Source of the DNA: a virus
Length of the DNA stretch: 64,000 bases
Reading direction: 5' to 3' (one strand)
Virus record (IMG/VR): IMGVR_UViG_3300035074_000077
Location: 6,802-70,801 of that record
The position numbers and the translations under genes are program-made. The notes beneath the pieces were generated by a model. It saw only the letters and a list, made by a program, of their open reading frames with translations, did no database searches and was not told where the DNA came from. Shown here piece after piece: positions 45,277 to 55,871 of this stretch; positions within the stretch are counted from its first letter, which is position 1; each line of letters begins with the position of its first letter.

Positions 45277-45350
45277 TCGCCCAAACCCTCTTTGGTCGAT
45301 CGGTAGAGCCCCGCTGCGGTCGCAACCCGCGCCGGGGCTCGTTCGTTTCT
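45270..45350 (+). ncRNA. Putative counter-transcribed RNA over the rep start and RBS
   Basis: TTGCTC-N16-TATCCT (45236-63); GAGCCCCG..CGGGGCTC hairpin followed by GTTCGTTTCT. Confidence 0.4.
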
Positions 45351-45441
45351 ATACCCTGCCACCAAAGCCACGCCATTACGGGCAGGCCCGAATCGCTCTG
45401 CCGCCGCGATCGAGCGGCCGCCAGTACGTAGGCATCTCGGC

Positions 45442-45497
45442 GGTATACCTACCACGTTTTCGTCTTGACGCTGGTTTTTTTACCCGGTATTGCTACC
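45442..45497 (+). promoter_or_regulatory. PL/OL-like promoter and operators
   Basis: TTGACG-N17-TATTGC; GGTW-N4-TACC at 45442, 45473, 45486. Confidence 0.75.
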
Positions 45498-45544
45498 TCC
45501 ATCAGCCGAACGCGAGTCACTCGCCGGCCGGCACGGAGGGGACG

Positions 45545-46096
45545 ATGAACGAAGCCGCGAACACAGAGGGCGTGATCTCCCCGAACGCTTTGCAGATCCA
45601 TGACGGGGAGCCTCGCGTCGCCGATGTCACGCTCGCCGTCGCGCTCGGGTTCAAGAGGCCGCGGGCAATTCGCGATCTGATTACCCGCAACAACGCGGAA
45701 CTCGAAGCTTACGGGTCTATCGCCGTGCTGCGCGGCGCTTACCGCAACCACGCGACGAAGACGCATCTTCTGAACGAGCACCAGGCGATCCTGATCGCCA
45801 TCCTCTCGCAGGCGCCGAAAGCCTCAGATGTCCGTCGCGCGCTGATCGAGGTTTTTGTCGCATATCGCCGCAGTCAGGTGCCCCGGGACGACGCGCATGA
45901 AGCGCCGCGCCGTGCGGCGGATCCGAGCCCGGAGAAGAACCACGGGCGCATCCGCTTTTGGAAATTCCGCTTCGCCGAGGCCGCTGCGGAACTCGACGTG
46001 CTCGGCGTCGATGTCGAGGCGATCGATCTCAAGGTCGTGACCGCGTTCGGCCGCGTCATCGTCGGCGACGGACGGATGATCGCGAAGAGAAATTGA
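45545..46096 (+). CDS. Antirepressor-like DNA-binding protein
   Basis: GGAGGG RBS; GEPRVADVTLAVALGFKRPRAIRDLI..LLNEHQA. Confidence 0.7.
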   Translation: MNEAANTEGVISPNALQIHDGEPRVADVTLAVALGFKRPRAIRDLITRNNAELEAYGSIAVLRGAYRNHATKTHLLNEHQAILIAILSQAPKASDVRRALIEVFVAYRRSQVPRDDAHEAPRRAADPSPEKNHGRIRFWKFRFAEAAAELDVLGVDVEAIDLKVVTAFGRVIVGDGRMIAKRN

Positions 46097-46128
46097 ACAC
46101 CAAGCCAATCGCAAATCGGAGAACCATC

Positions 46129-49100
46129 ATGAGCGAGATTATTGCCCTTATCGGAAATCGCAGCCTTCGCGAGCTGAAGTTCGAACTTCACGCCGCCTAT
46201 CTCGCCAGCGCCCGCAAGGCGCGGCTCCGCGGCGACCACGCCAACGCCGCCACCTATCTCGGCTTCGCCGCGTCGGCGCGCCGGATGATCGCCGCCGGAG
46301 CGCGGTGAGCTACTGGGGCGCGCGTGACGCGCCCTCCCCCCCCTCTCGTTTCCAGAGCCCCCGCCATGCCGCAATTCGAAGTCCGCGCTCCCTTCGCCGG
46401 ATATCTCCGAGTGAAGGTCGAAGCCGAGAGCGAAGAGCAAGCAATCGAGAAGGCGCTCTCCGCCGAAATCGATCTCGCCGAATCCGTCGAAGCGTTTCGC
46501 GTCGTTCCCGAACTCGGCCGCGCTCGCGCGACCGTGACGCCGATCGATGAATCCGCCGAACAGGAGCGCTGAACCATGGCCCGCTGCCTCCCCATCGCGC
46601 CGCCGCGCAATTTCGATCCGATCATCATCGTCTTCGGCGCCCGCGTCGAAGCGGCGCTCGCCAGACAGGCGCGAGAGAGAGCGCGCAGAGCCGCGAAGCT
46701 CGACGCCTTCCTCGGCGCCGGCAATTCCCCCTTCCTCGACGCCCGTCGCGATGAGCGCGGCGTCTATGTTGTCAGGTGAGCGATGGGCACGCTGCTGCAG
46801 GACGACACCACGATTTCCGCCATGGCGCGCGAGCTGCGCGGGCTCCACTGCTTCGATGTCCGCGGCATCGCGAAGCTCGCCGCGATCCGGGCAGGATTCT
46901 CGCCTTCCGACATCACCCGCTTCCTGGACCGCGCGATCGATTACGAGCGGGCGCGCCGGAAATGCTTTCCCACCTCCACCACGACCACCCATAGCTGAGA
47001 AGGAAATTTCGAGATGATGACGCTCTTCAAGAACCTCCGCCGCGTCGCCGAGCTCGCCGAGTTGGACAAGACGATCTCCGATCTCCGGGAGACGATCTCC
47101 GGCTATCAGACGGCCTATCGCGATGTTGTCGCGAAGAACGCGACTCTGAACCGGCGCAATGCCGAACTCATCGCGCGCAACGTCATCCTGACCCGCGAGC
47201 TCGCCGCCGCGCGCGACGCGCTCCTCCCCAACGCGAAGAAATGCGCCTGACCAGCGCACGCGCAACACGAACGAGGATGCAGCGATGCAGGGCGAGGTCA
47301 CATTCCGGATGAGCGAAGAGTTCCGGCCCTATCGCTCGGTCTCGGGCTCGACGCTTTCGATCTACGTCATGGGGCGCGCGACCATCAGCTATGACGACTC
47401 CGGCTCCTGGGCCGTCGAGACGATCGCGATCTCGACGGATACCGGCGGGCTTTCAGCGGTCGATAGATCGGATCCTCTGTTCCTCTCGATCGCGTCGGCT
47501 CTCCGTCAGCATTACTCGGCGGAGATCGAGGCGCTGATCTCTGACGACATCCGGGACCGCGGCGACTGGCGCGATCCCAATGACGAGCATCGTCTCGGAG
47601 CGCGGGAACTCGGGCTCGCCGCGATGGGAGCGCTTCTCGCTCTGTTGCTGCCCTGCATCGGCGCGCTGCTGGCGCAGGCTTTCATCGGAGGATCGATATG
47701 ACCCGTTCCGCACAACACCAGTCCGACCGCGAGTTTTTCGAGAACCTGATCCCCGGCTTCAACGGCACGGTCGACGGATATGCGACCAAGCTCGAGGAGG
47801 TCGCGAGAAATCTGCTCTCGGACGCCGCCTTGTTCCGCCGGCGCATCGCGGTATCGCCGTATGAGCGCCTGATGCTCGCCGGCCGTCTCGTCTCGTTGTG
47901 CGAGGACGAAGCCGACGAAATGCTGCGGCTGACGATCGGCGAGCTCGACTTCGACGACGTGCTCGCTTCGATCGACGGGCTCGCGGCGAAGGTGCGCGGT
48001 CTCAAGTCGCGGGCGATCGTCCCGAAGGCGGCAGAATGAGCCATGGCGACCGTCGTCAAATTCCAGCCGCGCAATGCCGCCGCGTTCTGTGGCGAGGCAG
48101 AAGCGCGCGCAGATCCTTCTTCAGTCGATCTGGGACACGTTCGGTTATCCGGGGCGTGAAGACTTTGTGAGCGAGGCCCGTAGGCAGGCTGAAAACCTGG
48201 CGAAGGCGCTCGCGAAGGCCAGAGGAGAATGACGATGGGAGAGCCGAAATTCACGAAGGGGGCGCTGCGCGTCGTCGACCAGGGCGATGGCAGGTTCCCG
48301 CTCGTCTGCGGCGAAGGCGGAATCATCGACTGGGTTGCGGTTGTGAATGGCGGCCCCGAGGCGATGGCAAACGCGCAGGTCTTCGCCAGCGCACCCGATC
48401 TGTATGCGGCGCTCCACCGCTGCCGCGAGATACTGAGCGACCTTGCCAGACCGCCGGACAATTATGCCAGCGTCAGCACCGCGATGGTATGGGCGCACTG
48501 CGTCGCGGCCGAGAAACTGGCTCGCGCTGCGCTCGCCAAAGCCCGCGGGGAGTCGTGACGATGGCTGACGTTACAGGGCCGATCAGCACACTACCCGGCT
48601 CCGGGCACGACGTTCCCGACGGCACGATGTGTGACGAGCATCCCGACAGAAAAGCAACGCATCGCGTCCAGGGAGAAACCGACTCCTTCGGCTCCGAAAT
48701 GCACGACATGTGCGACGAGTGTTTCGCGGCCTACAAGGCGGAGATTGCAAGCGAGGATACGAGTGGCGTTTGCGAGTGGTGCGGCAAGCACGCGCCGAGT
48801 CTGCGTCATCGCCGCGACTACGAAGAAGGCATGAGCGGGCGCGTCTATCTTGTTTGCGATGAATGCGTGAAGCGCCAAATCGCGCAACTTGAAGAGGACG
48901 CCGATGATTGTTGGGATTAGCTTCATGGGCTTCGATTTCATCGCGGATGTCGACTACCGCGTCACCAGCTACGGCTCGCCCGCGCACATGGGCTCGCTAT
49001 CGTATCCCGGCGATCCTGGCGACCCGCCGGAATGGGAGATCGAGCGCATCACCCTACAGCGCGATGTTACTGGCCCATTCTGTCCTGAATTCGTCGCGAC

Positions 49101-50300
49101 CGGCGCATTGTTCGACTGCCTCGCGGAACTCGACGCGGTGAAGGACGCGATCATGCAGGATATCGCCGAATACGACGGCCCCGACGAGCGCGACGACGAT
49201 TATGGAGATTGCGACAGATGACCTTCTAAGAAGCGTCCGACACCTGCCATGTTAGGTCCGCCATTTTCCGCATGAGCGATCCGAGTGTCCGCTATTGGAA
49301 AAACCATTCCGTCCAGCTCAGAGAGCGAGTTCCGCCGGCCGATCAGCTCGCGCATGACTGGCTTGAATACGACCCGCGAGAGGGCGTGCTGATGCCATAC
49401 GTGAAACAGTGAGGCCAAGATGACCATCAAACTCGAAGACATCCGCATCGGCGACAAGGTGACGCTGCACGCGAAGATTGTCGAAGATGGCTGGGCGAAT
49501 GGATCATTCGTCGCAAACGTCGGCGGGGCGCGTGTCGGTATCGCTGGGGCAGATATCGCCACTCATACGCCGGCGCCTCGCGAGTTCAAGCCGGGCGAGA
49601 TAGTGAGGATAGGGGCTGGCGTGACGCATTATCGGTTCATCGCCGAAGATGATGGCTATGCTTTTGTTGCGCTAATCGGCGATGAACCAACGCGACGGAT
49701 TTTGCCTGTTTGCGATCTTCGTCACGCCGACGCCCCCGTGCCACCCCCGCAAGAGCCGGTGAAGGAGCGGAAGAAGATCGAGGCGTGGGTGAACGTGTAT
49801 CAAGGCGACGATTTCGGGAAGGGCCATAAGAGTCGACTAGAGGCTGACGACGCGGCGACTACGAGGCGCATCGCCTGCCTGCATGTCGAAGGCTACGAGG
49901 GAGATGGGCTGTGAAAATCAAATACGAAGCGGACGACGGCAGGCTGTTCGACAGCGCTGAAGCGGCGAAGGCGCATGAGGAAGCGATCGTGTTCAAGCCG
50001 CTTCTCGGCCTGGACGAAGCGCGGCTCATGCTGGCGTTGCAGCGGCATCCTGACGCGCTGGACATCGCCGAGGCGCTGGAAAAGGCGGGAACGCGTATCG
50101 CGGCTCTGCGGCGCGCTTCCGGCGAGCTGAAGCGCCGTGGCAAGAGCGAGCCGGAGCCGGCGGGAGGGGAGACGCCGCAGGTTGGCGAAGACGAGACAGC
50201 CGCTAGCGAGCCGTTGCTCGGCAACAGCCTGCTCGAAACCGCCGACCGAGAGGAAGCCGCTCGCGCCGCTGCCGAGCGCGTGGAGGGCCTGCCGATATGA
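46129..50300 (+). other. Run of small early genes (46129-46308, 46367-46572, 46576-46779, 46783-46998, 47014-47250, 47285-47701, 47698-48039, 48229-48558, 48561-48920, 48904-49221, 49420-49914, 49911-50300)
   Basis: Tightly packed or overlapping same-strand ORFs, several with RBSs; functions not recognisable. Confidence 0.6.
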
Positions 50301-51295
50301 GCGTCGAGACATTTCCCATGACCACGCTCGGGGCTGCGGCTGCGGCCGTCGTCGAGCGGTTGCGGCCGAAGCGGGACTTCGTGGCGAAGCCGATCGCTCA
50401 TGGCGAGATCATCACAGAGCCCGGCGTCTACGACATGCCGATCGAACATTATCACGGCAACTGTTGTGCAGGTCCGTCGATTTCGTCGAGCGGCCTGCGG
50501 ACAATCGACGCGAAGTCGCCGGCGCACTATTGGGATGAGAGCTATCTCAACCCGGAATATGACCCGGCAGAAGACGCTGCGCATTATGTGCTCGGCCGAG
50601 CCGCGCATACGCTGCTGCTTGGCGAAGAAGGGTTCCGCGAGAAGTTCGTTGTCCGTCCTGACGAGTTCGACTCGTGGCGGACTAAGGCATCGAAGGCGTG
50701 GCGGCGCGAGCAGCTCGACTCCGGCAAGTCTGTTCTGGAACCGAAGGACATCGCCACCATCAAGGCAATCGCTGGCGCGCTCGGGCGCGACCCGCTCGTC
50801 TCGCAAGGGCTCCTCAACGGCGAGATCGAGCGGTCGATAATTTGGCGAGACAGTGAAACCGGGGTGTGGCTGAAAAGCCGGCCTGACGCGCTTCCGGTCA
50901 ATGCCGATCTTGTCGCGGACCTGAAGACATGCACATCGGCGGCGCCGCGCGACGTGCGCAATTCGATTGCTGAATACGGCTACCATATGCAGCTCGCGCT
51001 CGTCGGCATGGGGATGAAAGAGGTTCTTGGCCGCGAGATCAGCGACGAAGATTTCGTTCTTGTCTTCGTCGAGACGAAGCGGCCGTATTGCGTCAACGTG
51101 AAGCCTGTTTCTCCAGATGCGATCTTCGCCGGCCGGGCGCAGCTTCGTCGCGCTATCCGCAAGTTCGCGGAATGCCTCGAAAAGAATGAGTGGCCCGGAT
51201 ACGAGGACAACGGCATCACCGCGTCTCTGCCGAAATACGTTCAAGACCGTCTCGATAGCGAGCGGAAGATGGGTCTCTTGCCGGATGTCGCATGA
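50297..51295 (+). CDS. RecE-like PD-(D/E)xK exonuclease (DUF3799-like)
   Basis: ISSSGL..SPAHY..GRAAH..KSRPD..DLKT..GYHMQ. Confidence 0.88.
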   Translation: MSVETFPMTTLGAAAAAVVERLRPKRDFVAKPIAHGEIITEPGVYDMPIEHYHGNCCAGPSISSSGLRTIDAKSPAHYWDESYLNPEYDPAEDAAHYVLGRAAHTLLLGEEGFREKFVVRPDEFDSWRTKASKAWRREQLDSGKSVLEPKDIATIKAIAGALGRDPLVSQGLLNGEIERSIIWRDSETGVWLKSRPDALPVNADLVADLKTCTSAAPRDVRNSIAEYGYHMQLALVGMGMKEVLGREISDEDFVLVFVETKRPYCVNVKPVSPDAIFAGRAQLRRAIRKFAECLEKNEWPGYEDNGITASLPKYVQDRLDSERKMGLLPDVA

Positions 51296-51561
51296 TGTTG
51301 GGAAAAGCAAAGGGAGATCGGTTCCATGGAACCGATGACGACTTCGCCGAGGTTGAGCCGATGGTTGTCCTGCGGATGAGCAAGGCAGACGCCGAGCGCG
51401 TTCAGCATGGCATGGCAGACATTCTTTGCTGGGTTCGCGGTTTCGTCGCCGCGTGTCCTGAAGATCCAGAGCGGCACCCGATGGGCGTCCATGAGGTGAG
51501 AGACATGCGCGACGCTATTCGTCGGGCGATAGACACTAGCGACGAAGGGAACACGCAATGA
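51292..51561 (+). CDS. Hypothetical protein
   Basis: ATGA-coupled at both ends. Confidence 0.55.
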   Translation: MMLGKAKGDRFHGTDDDFAEVEPMVVLRMSKADAERVQHGMADILCWVRGFVAACPEDPERHPMGVHEVRDMRDAIRRAIDTSDEGNTQ

Positions 51562-52562
51562 GCAATCAAGTCGCCGTCGCGCAGCCGAACGCTACGGTCG
51601 TTCAAGAGCCGAAAAAAAGCTCCTACAGGGATATCCAGATCGCCGAGACGAACAGCGGCGGCGGGGGCCTTCTCTTGCCTCGAGATTTTGGCGAGGTCGT
51701 TGCTTTCGCGGAACTCATGTCGAAAGCCGACATTGCCGTGCGCAAGCACTTCCGCGGCAACGCCGGCGCCTGCATGGCGGTGACTCTTCAAGCGATGCGC
51801 TGGGGCATGGATCCTTTTGCCGTCGCGAACAAGACCTATTTCGTCAACGATCAGCTCGCCTATGAAGCGCAGCTCGTCGCGGCCGTCGTCATCACGACGG
51901 CGCCGATCGCGCGCCGGCCCGACTACGAGTTCATCGGGGAAGGCGCTGGCTTGAAGTGCATCGTCACCGTCGAGATGCTGGACGGATCGACGAAGAAATA
52001 TGAATCCCCCCTGCTGGGGGCCATCAAGACGAAGAACTCTCCACTATGGGTCGCCGACCCGCAACAGCAGCTCGGATATTTTTCGATCCGCTCCTGGGCG
52101 CGCCGGCACACGCCGGACGTGATCATGGGCGTCTACACGCCGGATGAATTGGAAAGCTCGCCGCGGCTCGTCTCTGAGGCGCCCGCACGCTCTCGACTGG
52201 CGGAGAAGCTGTCCGGCGCGCCGAAGGGGCAGAACGGTTTTTCGGAAGGGTTCGTGGCGCGGGAGATCGACGGCGGGGAGGTCATCACGAATGAGCCTGC
52301 GCCAGACGCCGGCGGAGAGCCTGTGAGCGCTAAACCGACGCCGACTGGCGGAGATGGTGCGGGGACTGCGGAAGCGAGCCATACAGCCTCCGCTGCCGAT
52401 CCTGAGCCCGTGAGCGAATGGTTCGCGAAGGGCGCTGAAGCCGCGCGCGCCGGCATGAGCCGTAAGGCGCTGCCGCCGGAACTGCGTTCGCCAGATCGCG
52501 CCGACGACGCGGCGGAGTGGTTCTCTGGCTACGATTCCGTGAAGCATGGGGGCGCCGCATGA
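51558..52562 (+). CDS. RecT-family single-strand annealing protein
   Basis: QAMRWGMDPFAVANKTY..YEAQL..NSPLW..DPQQQL..WARR..GVYTPDE. Confidence 0.88.
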   Translation: MSNQVAVAQPNATVVQEPKKSSYRDIQIAETNSGGGGLLLPRDFGEVVAFAELMSKADIAVRKHFRGNAGACMAVTLQAMRWGMDPFAVANKTYFVNDQLAYEAQLVAAVVITTAPIARRPDYEFIGEGAGLKCIVTVEMLDGSTKKYESPLLGAIKTKNSPLWVADPQQQLGYFSIRSWARRHTPDVIMGVYTPDELESSPRLVSEAPARSRLAEKLSGAPKGQNGFSEGFVAREIDGGEVITNEPAPDAGGEPVSAKPTPTGGDGAGTAEASHTASAADPEPVSEWFAKGAEAARAGMSRKALPPELRSPDRADDAAEWFSGYDSVKHGGAA

Positions 52563-52813
52563 GCGCCAATCTGAAGCCCCTCGCTGCGGCGCTGGCGAGC
52601 CGGGAGCGCGCGGAGATCGCCGGCTTGCTCGAGCGCGGATACCTCTACGTCGACACGATCTCCGGCGGCACCGCCGACACCCGTCGCGCTTCGGCGGAGG
52701 GGCTGAGGCAATATCTCGAATCCGTCGAGAAGCGCCAGACGACGGTCCTCGTCAGCCCGCTCGGATATACGCGCGTCTATGCCAAGCGCCCGACGCGGAA
52801 GGAGCCGGCGTGA
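52559..52813 (+). CDS. Hypothetical protein
   Basis: Coupled ORF. Confidence 0.5.
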   Translation: MSANLKPLAAALASRERAEIAGLLERGYLYVDTISGGTADTRRASAEGLRQYLESVEKRQTTVLVSPLGYTRVYAKRPTRKEPA

Positions 52814-53160
52814 ACGCGCGGCGCTTCGCCAATCGCGACAGCAAACCGAAGGCGAAGCGCGTTCCAGCGCTGAGAGGGTTCAAGGGGCTTTCGAAGGAGA
52901 AGGACAAATGGCCGGACCAAGCGCCGACGCTGTCGTCTCTCAAACCTGGAGACCTCGCATATTTCATGCGCTCCGGTCTCCAATCCGGGATGCTGACTGA
53001 GTTCGAGCGTGGAATCGCGCAAGCGGTCCTCGATCGATTGAAGTCAGGGCGATGCCCGAGCGAGTGGCACAAGATGATGCTGGACGAGCGCGGCGTGCTG
53101 GCGCGCTGTTGGGATAGTGATCTCGAATTGTGGAATGAAAAGGAACAGTCACCATGCTGA
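52810..53160 (+). CDS. Hypothetical protein
   Basis: GTGA-coupled ORF. Confidence 0.5.
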   Translation: MNARRFANRDSKPKAKRVPALRGFKGLSKEKDKWPDQAPTLSSLKPGDLAYFMRSGLQSGMLTEFERGIAQAVLDRLKSGRCPSEWHKMMLDERGVLARCWDSDLELWNEKEQSPC

Positions 53161-53876
53161 TACGAGTCCTCGATTTGGAGACTACCGGACTCACCGCGCC
53201 AGACGCCGCCCCATGCGAAATCGGGTGGCAGGATATCGTAGGCCCCGATGGCGGAGATTGGGCTCTCGACAAGCTCGGCGCCGGAGAAATGCTCTGCAAC
53301 CCGTCGCGACCGATCCCGCCGGAGATCAGTGCGATTCACCACATCGTCGATGAGGATGTGGTGGATGCGGTGTTCTGGCCCGCCGCGCTCGCGAAGGTCG
53401 CGTGCCGTGACAGCAAGCTCTTCTCGCCGACGATCTTCGCCGCCCACAACGCGAAGATGGAGCGCCAATGGCTGACCGACGAAGTGACCGGCGGGAAGCC
53501 GTGGATCTGCTCCTATAAATGCGCGCTGCGGCTCTGGCCCGATGCGCCGTCGCACAGCAACCAGGCGCTCCGCTACTGGCTGAAGCCGGCCGGGCTCGAT
53601 CGCGCTCGCGCGGCGCTCTCCCATCGCGCGTTTCCAGACGCCTATGTGACCGCCTTTATTCTGCTCGAGCAGCTGAAGCTGGCGACGCTGGCGCAGCTTC
53701 TCGAATGGTCGAGCAAGCCGGCGCTCCTCACCAAGATCAGGTTCGGCAAGCACGCCGGCAAGAAATGGAGCGAGGTTCCGAGCGATTACCTGGACTGGTG
53801 CCTACGCCAGGACATGGACGAAGATGTCCTATTCACCGCGCGGCATGAACTGGAACAGCGTCGGGTGCGCGGATGA
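53154..53876 (+). CDS. DnaQ-family 3'-5' exonuclease (ExoX-like)
   Basis: DLETTG, AHNA, HRAFPD, FGKH..VPSDYL. Confidence 0.9.
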   Translation: MLIRVLDLETTGLTAPDAAPCEIGWQDIVGPDGGDWALDKLGAGEMLCNPSRPIPPEISAIHHIVDEDVVDAVFWPAALAKVACRDSKLFSPTIFAAHNAKMERQWLTDEVTGGKPWICSYKCALRLWPDAPSHSNQALRYWLKPAGLDRARAALSHRAFPDAYVTAFILLEQLKLATLAQLLEWSSKPALLTKIRFGKHAGKKWSEVPSDYLDWCLRQDMDEDVLFTARHELEQRRVRG

Positions 53877-54271
53877 CTCGCCGCCGCCGAGAGTTCCCGA
53901 CGAAGGTCCGCGTCGCCGTCATCAAGAGGGCGATGCGCGGGAACGTCGTCTATTGCGAACTCTGCGGCGGCGTGGCGAAGCGGTTCCAAATCGACCACGT
54001 CATTGCCGACGCGCACGGCGGCGAGCCTGTGATCGAGAATGCGCAGCTTCTTTGCGAGGAATGCTTCGGGGAGAAGAACCCGAAAGACACGAAGATCGCG
54101 GCGAAGCTGAAACGCATCGAGGCCCGGCACGTCGGCGCGGATGTCCCGAAGCAACGACTGAAATCGCGCGGCTTCCCGAAGCGCCAGAGAGAGCCGGCAA
54201 TCGACAAGGGCGCTCTGCCGCCGCTGCCCAGGCGGGTCTGCGGGCAATTGGTTGAAGGTGGAGAACGATGA
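53873..54271 (+). CDS. HNH endonuclease-like protein
   Basis: CELCG..DHVI..ENAQLLC..C. Confidence 0.8.
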   Translation: MTRRRREFPTKVRVAVIKRAMRGNVVYCELCGGVAKRFQIDHVIADAHGGEPVIENAQLLCEECFGEKNPKDTKIAAKLKRIEARHVGADVPKQRLKSRGFPKRQREPAIDKGALPPLPRRVCGQLVEGGER

Positions 54272-54891
54272 CGATCGCGCCTTATCCTCTTCAGTGGCCT
54301 GCATCTCGGCCTCGCACGCGCGCTATCGACCGCAAGTCTGGACGGTTCAGCCGGAAGGAATATGTCGGCACGAACACGTGGCAGACGACGAAAGAAATGA
54401 CGGTCTCTGAGGCCATTAAGCGCCTGCAATCCGAACTCGATCGGATCGGCGCGACATACGCGGTCGTCAGCAGCAATCTCGAAATCCGCCTCGATGGTCT
54501 CCCGCGATCAGGCCAGCGTCAACCAGATGACCCCGGCGTAGCGGTCTATTTCCAGCTTCGCGGGAAGTCGCATTGTCTGCCCTGCGACACCTATCGCGAG
54601 GTCCATTCGAACATCGCGGCGGTCGCGGCGCATATTGCAGCGACGCGGGCGATCGAGCGCCACGGCGTTGCATCGGTCGCTGAGATGTTCAGCGGGTTTG
54701 CGGCGCTGACGCCGCCCGGCGCGAAATCATGGTGGGACATCCTGCAGGTTAGACCGGACGCGTCGCGCGAGGCGATCGAGGCGTCCTATCGCCGCCTCGC
54801 GCGCGAGCGCCATCCCGATGCCGGCGGCTCTCACGCAATGATGGCGGAATTGAACGCAGCGCGCGACGCCGCGCTGAGGGAGAGATCATGA
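54268..54891 (+). CDS. J-domain (DnaJ-like) protein
   Basis: YPLQWP..DPGVAVYF..CD; C-terminal HPD..ELNAA. Confidence 0.88.
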   Translation: MTIAPYPLQWPASRPRTRAIDRKSGRFSRKEYVGTNTWQTTKEMTVSEAIKRLQSELDRIGATYAVVSSNLEIRLDGLPRSGQRQPDDPGVAVYFQLRGKSHCLPCDTYREVHSNIAAVAAHIAATRAIERHGVASVAEMFSGFAALTPPGAKSWWDILQVRPDASREAIEASYRRLARERHPDAGGSHAMMAELNAARDAALRERS

Positions 54892-55871
54892 AGACCGACA
54901 GCGAACGTGAGGGCGGCGTGATGGCTGAGAACGTGACGCGAGAAGATATCGCTGAGATGATCGAGTTCGTGCGGGGCGAGTTGAGCAACCGCGAGTTTGG
55001 CGGGCACGAAAGCGAGTATGTCGCATCGGCGCGCCGATCCCTCGCCATCGCCGAGAAGCTGCCGGCGCTGGTGGCGGAGCGTGACGCGCTGAAGGAAGAG
55101 CGGGACGATGCGAGACGACTCGCGACGAACGCGCTCTCACAAGCGCAGGACTGGCGGCACAGCGCAGAGACCGCCCGCGAGACGATCGCGAACCTGCTGG
55201 AGGCGCTGGCGAATATCTCGTGCGGATGCGGCACAACATGCATGCTCATGATGCCTAAGGAAGCATGCGCCCACCACGCCGCGACGAAAGCCCTCGCGCA
55301 TCTCGACGCGCTGCCGTCCCCCACCCGCCGCGCCGCAGCCGTTTCCCGCGCACTGTTCCGGGATGCGGAAGCGGGCGCGTGCGGGGAGAAGGTCGAGAAT
55401 GCCACCGGCCATACCGATCTCATGATCTCTCCTGAGGCGATCGACGAAGCGCTGGCCGCGAACCCGCTGCCGGATGAATTGGCGAACATCGCCCCGCCAC
55501 TCACGATCGATTACACGAACTGGCGCGGCGAGCGGCGCGTCCGCGACATCCTCCCGCTCCGTATCTTCTTCGGTTCGAACGAGTGGCACAAAGAGCCGCA
55601 GTGGTTGCTCGAGGCGGTCGATCCGGAAGACGGAAAGACGAAGACGTTTGCGTTCGCCGGCATTCATGGCTTCGGTGAGGACAGCCGCCTCGCGCAGGCC
55701 GAGCGCGCGGTTGCCGAGGCGGTGGAGATCATGCGTCCGGTCTCGGAAGTGGAGATTTGGCGCGACATATACCCAGACGGGCCGGACATCATGAATGGGG
55801 AGTTCCACGCCGATCCTGAGTTTGTTCGCGCGGCCCGCTTGTTCGTCGAGAAGCATGGAGGCGCGAAGTGA
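54888..55871 (+). CDS. Mosaic protein with WYL-like domain
   Basis: IDYTNWRGERRVR..P..FGSNEWH..QWLLEA.D..KTFA. Confidence 0.7.
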   Translation: MKTDSEREGGVMAENVTREDIAEMIEFVRGELSNREFGGHESEYVASARRSLAIAEKLPALVAERDALKEERDDARRLATNALSQAQDWRHSAETARETIANLLEALANISCGCGTTCMLMMPKEACAHHAATKALAHLDALPSPTRRAAAVSRALFRDAEAGACGEKVENATGHTDLMISPEAIDEALAANPLPDELANIAPPLTIDYTNWRGERRVRDILPLRIFFGSNEWHKEPQWLLEAVDPEDGKTKTFAFAGIHGFGEDSRLAQAERAVAEAVEIMRPVSEVEIWRDIYPDGPDIMNGEFHADPEFVRAARLFVEKHGGAK

